A stretch of 63,050 nucleotides of DNA, the filler included, from Ministeria vibrans ATCC 50519 (taxonomy: Eukaryota > Protista > Filasterea), in NCBI GenBank assembly GCA_943704425.1. It is 5 parts of 5 records of this genome, joined end to end, with 100 filler letters (N's around TTAATTAATTAA, not from the genome) between each part and the next. Parts side by side here need not be neighbours in the genome. Positions count along the whole stretch, not along the records: positions 1 to 23,511 come from CALSCP010001664.1; positions 23,612 to 37,414 come from CALSCP010002647.1; 3 more parts are not named here. One strand, written 5' to 3'. This document shows, one piece after another, positions 14,651 to 27,960 of the stretch. The notes under the pieces were generated by a model. That model had not been told where the DNA came from, ran no database searches, and was given only the letters and a program-made list of their open reading frames with translations. The number at the start of each line of letters is the position of its first letter. The first letter of the stretch is position 1. The translations under genes were made by a program, and so were the position numbers.

Positions 14651-15466
14651 TCACAGAATCGTCGAAGTGAGCTCCTCCAGCTCGGCACCAAGATGACGCA
14701 CGGATGAGCCCAACTGTACGTCGGCACTCATCATCTGCGCCAACAGCAAGTGCAGCTCTGTGAAGGTGGGACGCCGACGCGCGTCCATGTGCCAGCAGTG
14801 CATCATGAGATCGTAGAAGGCGTCAGGGCACCCGCGTGGCTTGGCCAGACGCTTGCCCTCGCGCAGATTGGACGCAAGATCACGCAGACCAATCGACTTG
14901 TAGGGACGCACCGTGCCAAAGGTCATCACTTCCCACATGACCACACCAAACGACCACACATCCGTCTTGCTCGAGAACTTGCGGAACTCCAGTGACTCCA
15001 ACGCCATCCAGCGCACAGGTAGCTTGCCGCGCGTCTTCACTCGGTAGTAGTCGTCGTTGCCCATGCGACGCGACAAACCAAAGTCCGCCACCTTGATCAC
15101 CGATCCCTGTCCCACCAGACAGTTACGAGCCGCCAACTGCAACAAACGAAAAGAAGGTAAGAAATATTATAACAATGGTATAAATAAGAGTGTTATAGTA
15201 TAACAATAAGAGTATTATTATTGTAGGTTCGATTGGTTTCGTACGTCACGATGGACAAAGGAGAGACTGGAGAGGTACACCATGCCCGATGCAATTTGCA
15301 TCAGCATGTTGAGCTGTTCGGCATAGCTCACGTTCAGTCCCTGGCACGTGACACACAGACGCAGGAAGTTGCGCAGGTCGCCATGAGGACAGTACTGTGA
15401 AAGAGGAGAGAAAAACAAAGACACCGAGCATGATCAACACAACAATAGAACGGGGTTTAAGATAAG

Positions 15467-15542
<76 letters not shown>

Positions 15543-18500
15543 GGGAGGGGGTCCGGAGGGCGGTTACCTCAATGATAATGAGACGAGGCTCGTCGCGAAT
15601 GCACACGCCGGTGAGACCAAGGACATTCTCGTGCTGGAAGGTGGCCAACAGACGCGCCTCAGACAAGTAATCCTCGCGCTCCTTCTCGTTGGCGTTGTCC
15701 TTGAGTGACTTGACGGCCACGTAGCGCGCATTCTTGCCCTCCTCATCCGTCGCCGCGGCCTTGAGTACCACTCCAAACTCGCCCTTGCCCAATTCCTCAA
15801 TAAAGTGCAAACGAGTACGGTCAAAGTGGAACGCGTCCAGCTTGTTCGCGTCCGACGTAAAGTCATAAATGTTGTTCTTGGCCGAGTTGTACTGCGAGTG
15901 CTCCTCATCCTCTTCGTCAATGGTCGTCTTCTTGCGACGCACCGTGCCATACTTGGCAAACTCTTCTTCCTCGCCGGCACCGCCACCACGAAAGGGGTTG
16001 TTCATGCGCGAGTCGCGACGCGACGAGCGCATAAACGTCTCGTAGACGGCGTCGCTGTTGCCGGCGCGCACCTGCTTCTCGTACGACTCGTAGTCGTCGT
16101 GTGTCTCGCTAATGGTCGTGTACTGCGCCGGCGCCGACTGCAACGTGCCATACTCGGCCTGTTCGGGACGCGCATAATGACCCGTGTTGACGTAGGCGGC
16201 GTCCACACCGGCGTTCACCGACGGCAGCCGTCCGTACTCGACATTGACGTACTTCGGGTCGTTGAGACTGTACACGTAGGCGGTATCCGACTCGCTGCGT
16301 ACCACGCTTCCATACGTCTGTGACAATTCGTCAAGGGCCGGTGGTCCGTTTGTGTCCGACGGGCCCAACACCGCGTATTTGGCCTCCTCGTCCTGTTGCG
16401 CAGTCGCGTACATCATCTCCTTGAACATATTCGCATACGATCCCTGGCCGGAGGTTTCGTCCTCGCTCACGCCATACAGCTCGCGCAGGTTCTCCATGTC
16501 CACACACTGGTCCTGTGCAACCGTGAGTGCCGCCGCCGAGTAGAATTCGGGATCCGCTTTCTCTGTCGGCATCATCTTGGCTCTGCGCGCCTCGTCCTCA
16601 TGTCCTTGTTGCTTCGCGTTGCTCTCCGCCATGCCAGGGTGTGGCTGCAAAAATTCCCACTGTCGCGGCTCAATCTCGGCCGTGTTGATCATGCCGCTCT
16701 GTTGCGAATCAAGCATTTCCTGCTGCAGGTGCATCTGCGACAGTTGCGCCGGTGCGTTACGACCGCTGTTCAGCTTGCCGCGACGTCTCAGCACAAGAAG
16801 ACTCACCACAATAAGCCCGACAATGATGGCGACCGCCGCAGCTGCAGCCAGGCCAACACCGCTGCCCGACGAACTCGCCGCACCACCACCTCCACCTCCG
16901 CTCTCCGGAGTCACACCGTTCGGATTGGTGACGCCGACAAAGGTGGTCACCGTGGAAAAGTGGCCAATGTGACCCTCGACATAGCCGTCGTCCAGGTTGA
17001 CCACAAGTCCAAAGACATGCTCCCAGCTGTCGCCGCCAGCGCCGTACATGATGGTGTAGTTCGAAATGGGGTCAGATGATGCGTACGTGCCAGTCTTGAG
17101 CGACAGGCGCACTTTGATGGCGGAGTCCCAGGTGCGTGGCGACGGTCGCAAGCGGTACCACTCTGACTTGCCTCCCACCGCACGCGAAGGAGCATGTGTG
17201 CGACACGCGGCGGGGTAGTCCTCAATCTGGAAAACTTCAGAAGTCGACGCAAAGCCAATGGGAACCACGAGTGAAATGCGACCGTCGGGCGAGGTGACAA
17301 CACCGCCCGACGAGGGCGTGACCACAGCCGAGACGAGCACCATCGTGTCACAACCAAATTCACACACGGCCACGTCGCCCACTACAAGCGTGTAGTTGTC
17401 CTGAGCACGACACTCGTAGCGGAACGTCGTGGGTCCTGTCGTACGGCCGTCAGTGGTGAAACCCGAGTTACACGTGTACGTGACGCGCTCGCCCGTGCGC
17501 ACCACACCCGCGGGCAACTGCGTTGCAATGTTACCCGTGATCAGAGGCGGGCTGATCGAGCACGCCATGGCCTGGCATGAGCCACTCACATTGAACGTGC
17601 CCGTTACCATGCAGTTTGCCGTGACGACAGTCCCGCCCGAGCGTGTACCGTCGACCGAGTAGCCGGCGGAGCATGTGTACGAGACCACCTCGCCAAATGT
17701 CACGTCGCCGGACGCGATGGACGCCGCTCCGGCATTGCTGAGGGTCGGTGCAACACCACAAGACACGGGCAAGCACGAAGGAAGAGCTCCACCGCTCACA
17801 TCGGTGTAGTCAGTGCCGTTGCACACCAGCGTAAAGAGCGAGGGCGTGTAACCCAATTCACAGGTGTAGTTGACCGTGTTGCCCACATGCGTGTTGATCT
17901 GAGCATTGATGATGGTAGGCGGATCGCCACACACTGTCGCCTGAGCAGCCACGGTCGTTTCAGCAGCAGCGGCTACGGCAGTTGTTTCGGCTGCAGGAGC
18001 AACTGTGGTCGCTAGGGGTTGACACGTCACAAATGCACTCAGCAGTCCGGTGGCGAGACAGCGCACTGTTTGAGATCCAGGCGGCGTCATGCCCGCATTG
18101 CAGGTACATTCGGCAGTCGTGTCGTAGGTGAGCGATGCGCGAGTACATAACGTATCAGCGAAGGAGACAGTGCACGTGATGGGCAAGCACTGCACAGTGT
18201 CGTTGTTGAACTGGCCAGTGGAAAGACACGTCCGTTGGAACGTGCCAGTGCCCGAAACGGAGCCGTCGATAGTGTGACCCGCGTCACACGTCACATCAAT
18301 CGCCTCATCCACAACAAAAGGGCCTGCGTGAGGTGGTGTGATGAATCCTTGAGCGGGAGACGACGGTAAGTCACAGGTCACCAATGACTCGCACAGTGCG
18401 TGCGCCGTAAAGGTTGCATTTGACTGGCACATGACCGTATAGTTGGATGCACCGGCGACACCGCCGACAGCGTAGTCCGCATCGCACGCGTATGTGACCT

Positions 18501-21500
18501 GTGCGCCCACAGCAACCTTGCTACCCACAGCGAGGCTGGGTGTAGTGAGAGCGGGTGCAGTGTCCACCGTGCACATGGCTACCGTGTTACACGGTTCGGC
18601 AACGGCACCGGCCGTCGCAAGACGAATGCGTGCATTGTTATAGAGCTGAATGCGCTTGCCGCTGCCAAGGGTCACACGATGCGCCGTGGCATTCATGTCG
18701 GTGGGCACTGACACGTTGACGGCACCCTGTGGCAACAGAATGATTGCGTTGTCGCCGGCGCACGGCTGTGCCGACCGATCCCAGTTGAAGTCGTCGACCC
18801 AACGTCCGTTTGCCGGACCCGACCAGTGCACCTCGAACATGTTGCATTCGGTGCCGGTGTAGCCCGCGGCACAGGTACACGACGGCTCCACGTTGCCATC
18901 GATGGCACGCACATCTGCGCACGTGCCGCCATTCTGACACGGGTTTGACAGACACGGGAGGGTGACAGGTGTCTCACACAGCACGCCGGTCGAAGTGAGG
19001 GGACAGGCGCACACAAACGACGTGAGACTCGTGGTACACACACCGCCTTCCTGACACGGCGACGAGGCACACTCGTCCACGGCCGAGGCACAGAATGGGC
19101 CAGAGAATCCCTGAGCACACGCACATGCGAACGAATCGATAAGGTCATCGCATGTGGCGCCATTCTGGCACGGCGACGAATTACACTCGAGTATGTTGGT
19201 GCCGCACAAGTCACCTTCGTAGCCAGCGACGCAAAAACACCCATACTGATTAACCGCGTCGGCACACGTGGCACCATTCTGGCAGGGAGACGACGCACAC
19301 TCATCCACGTCCACCTCACATAGTTCACCGCCGTACCCCACAACACATGTGCAATTAAACGAGAGATCGTCGCTTGCGTGGTCACACACGGCACCATTCT
19401 GACAGGGAGACGAGTAGCACGGGTTCCAGTCAATCTCACACGCGCCGCCAATAAAACCAAACACACACGAACAAGTGTACGAGCCCACGGCAGGTGTGGT
19501 GCAGCTGCCAGCATTCTGGCACGGCGACGAGGCACACTCGTCAATGTTGGATTCACAGTTGACTCCGGTGTACCCTGCCACGCAGGTGCAGGTGTAGGAG
19601 ATATGGCCGTCCGTACATGCTGCACCAGACTGGCAAGGATTGCTCTCGCAGTCGTCAATACTCACGTCGCACATCTTGCCTGTCCAACCGGGGGTACATG
19701 TGCACTTGAAATCATCTCCAGACAAATAGGTGCACGTTCCTTCGTTGGCACATGTGCCCTCGACAAGACACTTGTTTAGGACCTCTTCACACAAAGTGCC
19801 ATTGTAAAACGGAGGGCACGAGCAGTAAGCATACTGTGCAATGCCTGCGTTCAAGCAGGTGCCGTCGTGCAAACAGGGTTCGGCAGCACACAGATCAATG
19901 GTAGTCTCGCATGCCTGGCCCGTGTACAGACCGCCACAATCGCACACAAACACACTCGAGTCATTCTCATGTGCAGTGCATTCACCACGAACACAAGGGT
20001 TGGGCCAACAGGAAGCAGGTCGGTCGCAAAAGTAGCCACTGAGCGTGGGATCGGCACAAACGCACTCGCTGCTGCCTACAGGAAGCAACGGGTTGCGCTG
20101 ACACTCTTCGCACACCGTGACACCCTCACTCGACGAAAAGTAGCCAATAGGACACTGGAGGCACATTTCGGGGGAGTTGGCGCTCCAGTAGGTGCCCTTT
20201 GGACAGATATGACACGTTGAACTGGCGGTGGGAACATGCACAAGAGTAGAGACAAACGAACGCGACGTGTCTCCGCTGACAACCGCCATCATCGCACCGT
20301 CTGCTGCCACATGAACCAACGACAGTGAGCCCATCAGACTCTCACCAACAGTGGAACTTGACACGTACAACAGATTTGACGCAGACAGCGACGCCTGAAA
20401 GAGACCTGAAATGTTGACTTGTTGACCAAATGCTGTAGAATCCACCGAAAGTGATCCGCCCACCACCACATTGCTCAAGTCGGCGTTGAGAAGAATTGTT
20501 TCTAGGGTGCCATTGATCAAGATCGCTTGAGCACCAAGAGTGACAGTGTTGCTTGGGTTCAAAATAAATCTATTCAGCGATGAGTAGCGAGACATCTCGT
20601 CGAAGTGCTCAGTAATGTTAGAGCCACCGTCTGCAACCACAGTGGTGTTGCACGTTGGGCCGCTAAACTCGGCGAGACAGTCGCATGTAAAGGACACCCC
20701 GGCGTTCAACGTGCATGCTCCATTGTTTAGACAAGGCTCGCTGGCACACAAGTCGATGATCGACTCACATCCGTCTCCTGTCGTTCCGACAGGGCAGAGA
20801 CAAGTAAAATTGCCCGGACCTTCAAGGCAAATTGTATTGTTGGCGCACGGCGACGAAGCACACTCGACAATTTCCGACTCGCATTGTGCGCCGGTGTAGC
20901 CAGTGGTGCAGGTACACGTAAATGCAAGGTGAGCGTCCGAGCACACGCCACCATTGAGACAGGGTATCGAAGAGCAGTCGTTGATGCTAATATCACATAT
21001 GAAGCCCGTCCATCCAGCTGCACACGTACATTCGTATGCCACTTCCGCTCTGCTTGTGCAAACCCCCCCATTCTTGCATGGCGACCCCCGACACGATGAA
21101 GCCGCTTGGAGAGAACTTGTAACATAGGCAACCATAGAATATGCAACAACGCGCGAGTACGCCGATATCGGAGCACTCGTCGAGGTGTACTCAGCGACAA
21201 GTGAGCCGTCGGTAATATTAAGCAATAGTAGCAGACCAAGAGAATTGGTGTCATTGGTAAAGAGCGAGTCTGGATCACGACGAACGCCCGCAATCCAAGC
21301 AAATGGAGACGACACACTCTGCGAGTCAATGCTCACGTCCGCAAATGAATCGTTTCCCTCTAGATTCGTCAATACCAGAGTCACGTTGCCCTCTAACGTG
21401 ACAAAAAGTGCATATCCATCAAATTCGGGATGAAATAAACTGCCAGACATTGTCGTGTTGAACAGAGCTCCGGCAGATATGTTGAAGTCGTTTGCACGGG

Positions 21501-23511
21501 TAGAGCCCACAATAACAGCCGTTCCACTGGCGGCGATGGACACTGCATTTACTGTCGTGCTCTCACTCGAGGTAAATCGGCGTGTGGAAACAGTGTGCTC
21601 ACCTGTCTCTGTATCGAGAGTCGCCAAGAACACACTCACCGTGAGTGATGTCGTCATCCCTGCAACGTACAAAGACCCATCGTAAAGACTCATGGCGCTA
21701 ACAACTGCCTCGGCGCCCGAGCACACTCGCGTTTCAAAAACAACAGTTCCGCTCAGCAGATTCCACGCCAGAATCTCACCGGAAGAATCAGAAAGTTGGC
21801 CTGCCACCTCGTCGGACTTGGCGACGTTGGCAAAGTAAAGCACGTTGTTCTTTAGGATGGTGGGTACTGCAGGACGCATTGTCGTTGTGTTGGCAAAGCG
21901 AGGATATCGAAAAGGGACAGATGCCATGCTTACCAGACGTGCAGCATAAGCTTGATCATGTCCAATGCTATACGCTGTCAAATCCATGAACACCACAGCT
22001 TCGGCGAGCCCAATCGTTGCGTTGTCATTCTCCACGGCCCACGTTGATGCACTCGTAAAACGAGAATGCACCAACGCACTGGACACGTTAAAGGAACGCA
22101 CTTGCTTTGCGGTGGTGCTGATGGAAAGCATCGTGTCGTTGTCGAGCGATGCACCCAAGACCAATTCGAGCGTGTCCATATGCACGAAAAAAGGAACAAC
22201 ACTGAGAGTGCCCGAGAGACGAGAAAATGTCGACACATGAGCGGGCACACCAGCGACGCCGGAACTGGACACCACGGCTACCAAATCACCGTTCAGAGCG
22301 ATGTGACTGTGCTCGTAGCGCAGTATGGAAGTCAGGTTTGCCGTGAAAAGTGTCGCCAAAGACGACTCGGTTGCCTGACCAAACCAAAGGTGATCGCTTG
22401 AAGCCACCGCCACAAAGCCAGTATGATCCGAGACAACCGAAACTTGTTCGTTCGCACCGATGGTAGCATTGAACATCGTCGCTGCATGAAGTGAGACTGC
22501 GTTGACGGTGAGCAATGAAAGCCACATTTGGTGCGTGCTCGAGACACCCGCGAGCACGACCGTCGCACCGCCCACCGTAACTGCGCACGAGTCCACTCGA
22601 GCTTGGACAGGGCGGGGAAATCCAGCAAGCAAGGCAAGGCGTCCATCATTAACGCTGTGTGAAAAGGCGGCGACCGTCGAAAGCGATGTGTTTGAGGCGG
22701 AGACGAGAACAGTAAGACCGCTGCCAATACACATACGCAGGGAATCACCGTCGCCACCCAGGTTGTTCTCTTGGACTGCATCAACGACACGGTTTGATTC
22801 CACGTCAATCTCAAGCAAGAACAAGTTGAGAGTGGCAGTCAAATTTCCGCGCGTGAGCCCAGCAATGTACAACCGAGAGTCGTGTGTTGCAATGGCCGCG
22901 ATGGTGGTCTGATTCCTTTCAGATGTCCATAGCTCAAAATCAAAAAGTGACATAGCGGTCACAAAGCCATCACCGCAGGAAATAGTGTTGACAAAAGCAA
23001 CTGGAGAGACACATGTGCAGTCGATGGGCTGGCCACACTCAAGGACGGCAGTGCGGGTGAGGAGGGAGCTGCCCTGACAGTAGTCGAGTCCGCGACAGAC
23101 GTACACGCTCGTGTCATTCGTGTTCTGGTCGTCTGCACGAGCAAAGGGGTACGCTTTCAGAGTATGGTTGAGCCACAGAGAGCAAGAAAGACACGCTGAA
23201 GCACCGGGAGAAGCATACGAATTGATCGGGCAGGGCAAGCACTTGCTGAGTCCCGTTGTGTTGGCGAAGGATTGCGCTTCGCAAGGCACACAACTTGTTC
23301 CATTGCCGCTCGCGAGAAAGTGGCCGACTGAACAGGGCTCACAAGCTGTGTGGTTCTGAACGTGCCAGCGAAAGTCGGCAGGAGAGTAGCGACCTGCAAC
23401 GCACGACTGACAGGCGGAAGTGCCTGCGTCGTAGAACTTGCCAGCGACACAAGTGGTGCAAGCGGAAGCGCCCGGTTCGGAGACGAGCGGCGCAGGGCAG
23501 GCAAAGCACTC
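14651..23511 (-). CDS. Receptor tyrosine kinase 2 (5'-truncated at contig end, over 2800 aa): GCC2/GCC3-type Cys repeats, beta-rich regions, 14 EGF repeats, amnionless/G8-like motif, several sushi/CCP domains, ZU5-like domain (HFS), TM, TK domain
   Basis: Frame open from the contig edge 23511 to a donor near 15567; further exons about 15395-15246 and 15136-14651. Kinase motifs GKGEFG, VAVK, HRD|[25 protein letters not shown]; EGF consensus DECASSPCQNGATC; TM GLAAAAAVAIIVGLIVVSLLVL followed by RRR. Confidence 0.95.
15469..15540. repeat. (TG)n microsatellite in an RTK2 intron
   Basis: Directly visible. Confidence 0.97.
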
Positions 23512-23611
23512 NNNNNNNNNNNNNNNNNNNNNNNNNNNNNNNNNNNNNNNNNNNNTTAATTAATTAANNNNNNNNNNNNNNNNNNNNNNNNNNNNNNNNN
23601 NNNNNNNNNNN
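23512..23611. other. Artificial contig linker N44-TTAATTAATTAA-N44
   Basis: Identical 100-nt all-frame-stop cassette occurs four times; genes on both sides are cut off. Confidence 0.98.
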
Positions 23612-23617
23612 ATTATT

Positions 23618-23685
<68 letters not shown>
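23618..23685. repeat. (GTT)n microsatellite
   Basis: Directly visible. Confidence 0.95.
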
Positions 23686-23687
<2 letters not shown>

Positions 23688-23787
23688 TTATTGTTTTTTT
23701 TTTGTTTTTATGTTTAAAGTTTGAACATGTATGTCGCAGCGAAATATTAATAAGGGGTTCTCTTTTTTTTTCTACTGCGGTGCGTAG

Positions 23788-26700
23788 GACTGACACGAAC
23801 GATCTCTTTGCTTTGGATCGTCACTACGAGTGGACCAAGATGCCCATTTTTGCCGATTCTCACTTCACAGATCGATTGTAAGTTTTTTTCTCCTTTCCTA
23901 ACAGTGTATTATCATTATTGTGAATTTTAGTATTATTATTATTGTATTACTCTATCAATTTATTATTATTATTATTGTATTATTGTATTAATTTTATTAT
24001 TATTATTATTGTATTATTGTATTAATTTTATTATTATTATTATTGCATTATTAATTATTAATTAATTATTAATTATTATTATTATTATCACTAACATTCT
24101 GCTTTTTTTTGTCTTTTTCTTTTCCAATTTTGCTCTGCAGCCAGTTTGACCCGAACTTTTCACCGCTGCGCGCCCCTCGGTCGACGGATTTGACCGAATT
24201 CGACGACCCTGGCGCCAATCCCTTTGTCCTCTACACTCCACTCGACACCACTCCGCAATTCCCTCTTCAATTCGCCAGCTTCTTTCCTCTCTGTCGTGCC
24301 TCTCACATCTACTATCAATTTCCATCTGACGGTGCCAAACAGCATCGGAATAATGTGTACGAACAACCAAGGGGGCGGATCATACGTCTGATTCATAATA
24401 CTGACAATGTTGGTTTTTGTTGCAGGACCACCATGGCCCGGCGCCTGATTAACCGCTATGACGAGTACCACCCGCGTCGGTTCCCGCTCACTCTGCCCGA
24501 GTCCCACTGGAGTGACGAACTGTACCTACCCGGTTATGACAATCCATCGCCGGAACCCGAACAATGTCAACCACTTCCGCCGCAGCATACGATGCGGAGC
24601 AAGGATCTGCGTCGCAGCCGGTGGCTGGGAGAGGACTTGAAATACCAGAATGCGACGATTAAGGACTTACTGTGGACTGCGTCGCTTCCGAAGGTGCCAT
24701 ACCCCGACGGACTCAAGCTACCGCGACTGGACCACACTCTCGCGACCGATCCGGCGTGGGGCACGAAGCGGTTGACGCGTCGTGAACTGTCCAAAATGTC
24801 CTCGTGGGCCTGGCGACCCGACGGCCTCGAGCAACTCCTAAGACCGTCGGAGGTGGAGTTGCTCGAAATGGAGCGACCTTTGAGCGGGCACAAAGTCAAT
24901 GTGCCCACGGTTGAGTGGGAAGCGCTGTGTCGCATGGAGAAAGAGTTCATGAAGCGCTTACGACCCGTCAACGAGAAGATGGCGGGTGAATTTGTGACGG
25001 TTTCACTGGACTTTGACATCCACGGTCGCTACGAGTCCGTGGAAGACGCCGTTGATCGACAGCATGGCGTCAAACCGTGGCATCATGTGGTTAGCGAGAA
25101 AATCCCGCGGTACAAGAAGCCGCTGGTGCGTCACCCCAAGACGCGCCAGCTTGTTCTGCAAGAGTCGCTCGATCCCAAAACGACATTGCGCCACCTGTTG
25201 CGTCTGATGCGCTTGCAACTGGTCGAACGTGATGTTGCCGAGATAAAGGAGGCACTGCCACTCTCGCCGCTTGCCAAGGAGATGTCAGTGTCGGACTATT
25301 TGTTGTGGCGCGAGGAGGAGGCGTGGAACAACTCGGTGTACACCACGAGCGTCTTTGAGCAACGTTCGCCTTCCTTCTACGTCGAGCATCCCGTGCGCCA
25401 GGTGCTTGACGACTGGGAACGCGAGCAGGAGTTGTTTTGGGAGCAGAAGCGTCGTGATCTGGAACACGAGCACTTTCGCATTGGCGAGGCGGAGGCCAAG
25501 TACCGCGAGCGCGTCGAGCGGATGCACGAGGAGCGCATTGATATTGGCGAGAAGCTTCCCGATGCCCTTCCGAAATGGATTTGTACCATTTTGACGACGC
25601 GCGAGAGGGAGCCGCTTGGTCCGGGGCTTTTTGTGTTGCCATTCCTCATGGGCGCGCGCTACATGGGCTATCCGCTTACGTACCACGATCAGATGGGCTG
25701 GGGCATCAAGGTGCCGCGGCGCGAGTCGCGTCGCGTGGCACGACGCATTGGCTTTGCTCGCTACGAGTTTGATCCGCTTGTGCAAGTGAAGAAAATGCAG
25801 AGGAAGGTCGATGTGCTCAACATGATATTCCAGTGGCAGACGGACCCCGAGCGTCTGGATGGTGTGCGGCGCCACGACAGCCAGGAAGACTTCGACTTTA
25901 TCCGCATACGACACCCCGATGGACGTTCGACGAATGGCACGTGGCCGCGGGTCATGTCGCCGTTTGACAAGAGCTGCGAGACAATGTTTGCGTCGGGTGA
26001 TCTGACGGCGGACAGAACCGAGATGCGCGACCTTCTCGTCGAGTTGATTTCCTCGGGGGTGTACTGGTCGTCCATGGGCGATCGCATTCGCACTCAGCTT
26101 GTTGTGCCCATGTCGCCCTGTGGGCGCCACCCGGCTGTTTGGGACGATGCGGAACTGGGCGACGAGGGGTTTTTCTTGCCGGAGGGCGAGCACGAGCCGA
26201 AGCCTTTTGCGTACGCGAGTGAGTTCATGAATGATCCGCGCGTGGGCGGCGACGACAATGTCGGCGAGGGGTTTACACCGCGTGTCATGGAGGCGGGACC
26301 TTTTGAAGGAGTGGCCATTGAATGGGGTGCAATTCTTCCTGCGGTGCAAGCGGCGGGCACGGTGACGCGACGGGCCGTGGAAGCCACCTGGCTGACGGCG
26401 CCCAATGCCAACAGGCGCAGACACGGTACTGAGTTGAAGGCGCAGGTGATTGCGCCGCCGGGCTACCGCATTGTGGGTGCGGACGTGGACAGCGAGGAGC
26501 TGTGGATTGCGTCAATGTTGGGCGACGCGGCAACCACCAACATGCATGGGGGCACGGTTATTGGCTGGATGACGCTGATGGGTCGCAAGGAGGACGGTAC
26601 CGACATGCATTCGAATACGGCACGCGTCATGACGATCTCACGCGACCACGCCAAGGTCATCAACTACTCTCGCATTTACGGTGCGGGCGAGAAGGGCGCC

Positions 26701-27852
26701 GCTCTCAATTTGCTCCGATTCGATCCGGATTTGAGTATGAACGACGCGGAGGTGAAGGCAAAGCGCATTATGATGAGCACCAAGGGCATTCGCCTGGTGA
26801 AACTCTGGCCCGAGACAGCCGCTCTCTGTTTCCAACAGCCTATTGAGCATTTCAAGGACAAGTGGTTTGCCGAGATTGACATTGAGGAGATAGGTCAGGA
26901 GATGTTGAGCAAGGGCTATTGGTACCGCCAGACGTGGAGGGATCTTATTTGCGAGAAGACCTGGGTGGGCGGCAGCGAGTCGTACATGTTCTCGACGCTC
27001 GAAAAGATGGCACTCACCCCCTACACCTTTATGGAGACACCTGCGCTCGGTGTGCGCTGCTGCGACGGTCTGAATGGCTTCTCGCTGGCAACTGATCGTC
27101 GCTTTGACCGCACGCGTGTCAACTGGATTGTGCAGTCGTCGGGCGTCGACTACCTGCATCTGCTCATGTCGGCGTGTCGCTGGCTCTTTGACGAGTACAA
27201 CATTCGTGCGCGTCTTTGCTTCAGCATCCACGACGAGATTCGCTACCTGGTCGCTGAGGGCGATGCAGACCGGGCTGCGCTTGCCATGCACATTGGCAAT
27301 CTGCTGGTGCGCGCCTTCTTCTCTTACCGCGCCGGCCTCAACGACTTGCCACTGAGTGCCTCCTTCTTCAGCGGTGTCGACATCGACACGCATCTGCGCA
27401 AGGAAGTGCACCACACGTGCGTGACCCCGTCGAACCGTGTGCCCATCCCCGATGCTCTGTGCGTCGACGTGAGACAGGCACTCGAGCGCACGCGTGGCTG
27501 TCTTGGCAAGCGCACACGTCTGCCTCTTTATGAGCTCGCCTCCAAGCTGCCCTGTCCCGAGCATCTCGAGCAATTCTGCCACCCCAATCCGTTTCGGTAC
27601 ACTCCTCCGCGCATGTCTAAATTGCCCTACCCCGATCTCACCAAGGTACATACTAATTATTATTATTATTATTATTTTTATTACTACTATTATTCTTAAA
27701 CTGATTACTAATATTAATAATATTATTATTATTATAATTTTTTTTCTTCTTCTATTATTTTTCTTTTCTGGATTCAGTTACGACCGGATATGGTCCCGAC
27801 CAAAGTGACGGAGGGCAAGCCAGAGACGGAGCAGTACCTCCGCTACTTTTGA
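23788..27852 (+). CDS. POLG: Mitochondrial DNA polymerase gamma catalytic subunit (5'-truncated; exonuclease domain not in this contig)
   Basis: GTVTRRAVEATWLTA, motif A APPGYRIVGADVDSEELWIA, motif B RDHAKVINYSRIYGAG, WVGGSESYMF, TRVNWIVQSSGVDYLHLL, motif C SIHDEIRYLV, FFSGVDIDTHLRKEV. Exons about 23788-23877, 24141-27645, 27778-27852. Confidence 0.96.
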
Positions 27853-27960
27853 GATTGCAATTGCTGCGATCTCGGGAGCGGGGGGAGTTTGTATATACAA
27901 CAGCTGTTGTACAGAAAAATAAAACATATATGCAACGAGTTCATTGATCATTCTCATTAT

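Noticed and set aside
23612-24400. Exonuclease-less POLG
   Set aside because: The contig starts inside an intron, so the exonuclease exons are probably just missing from the assembly piece.
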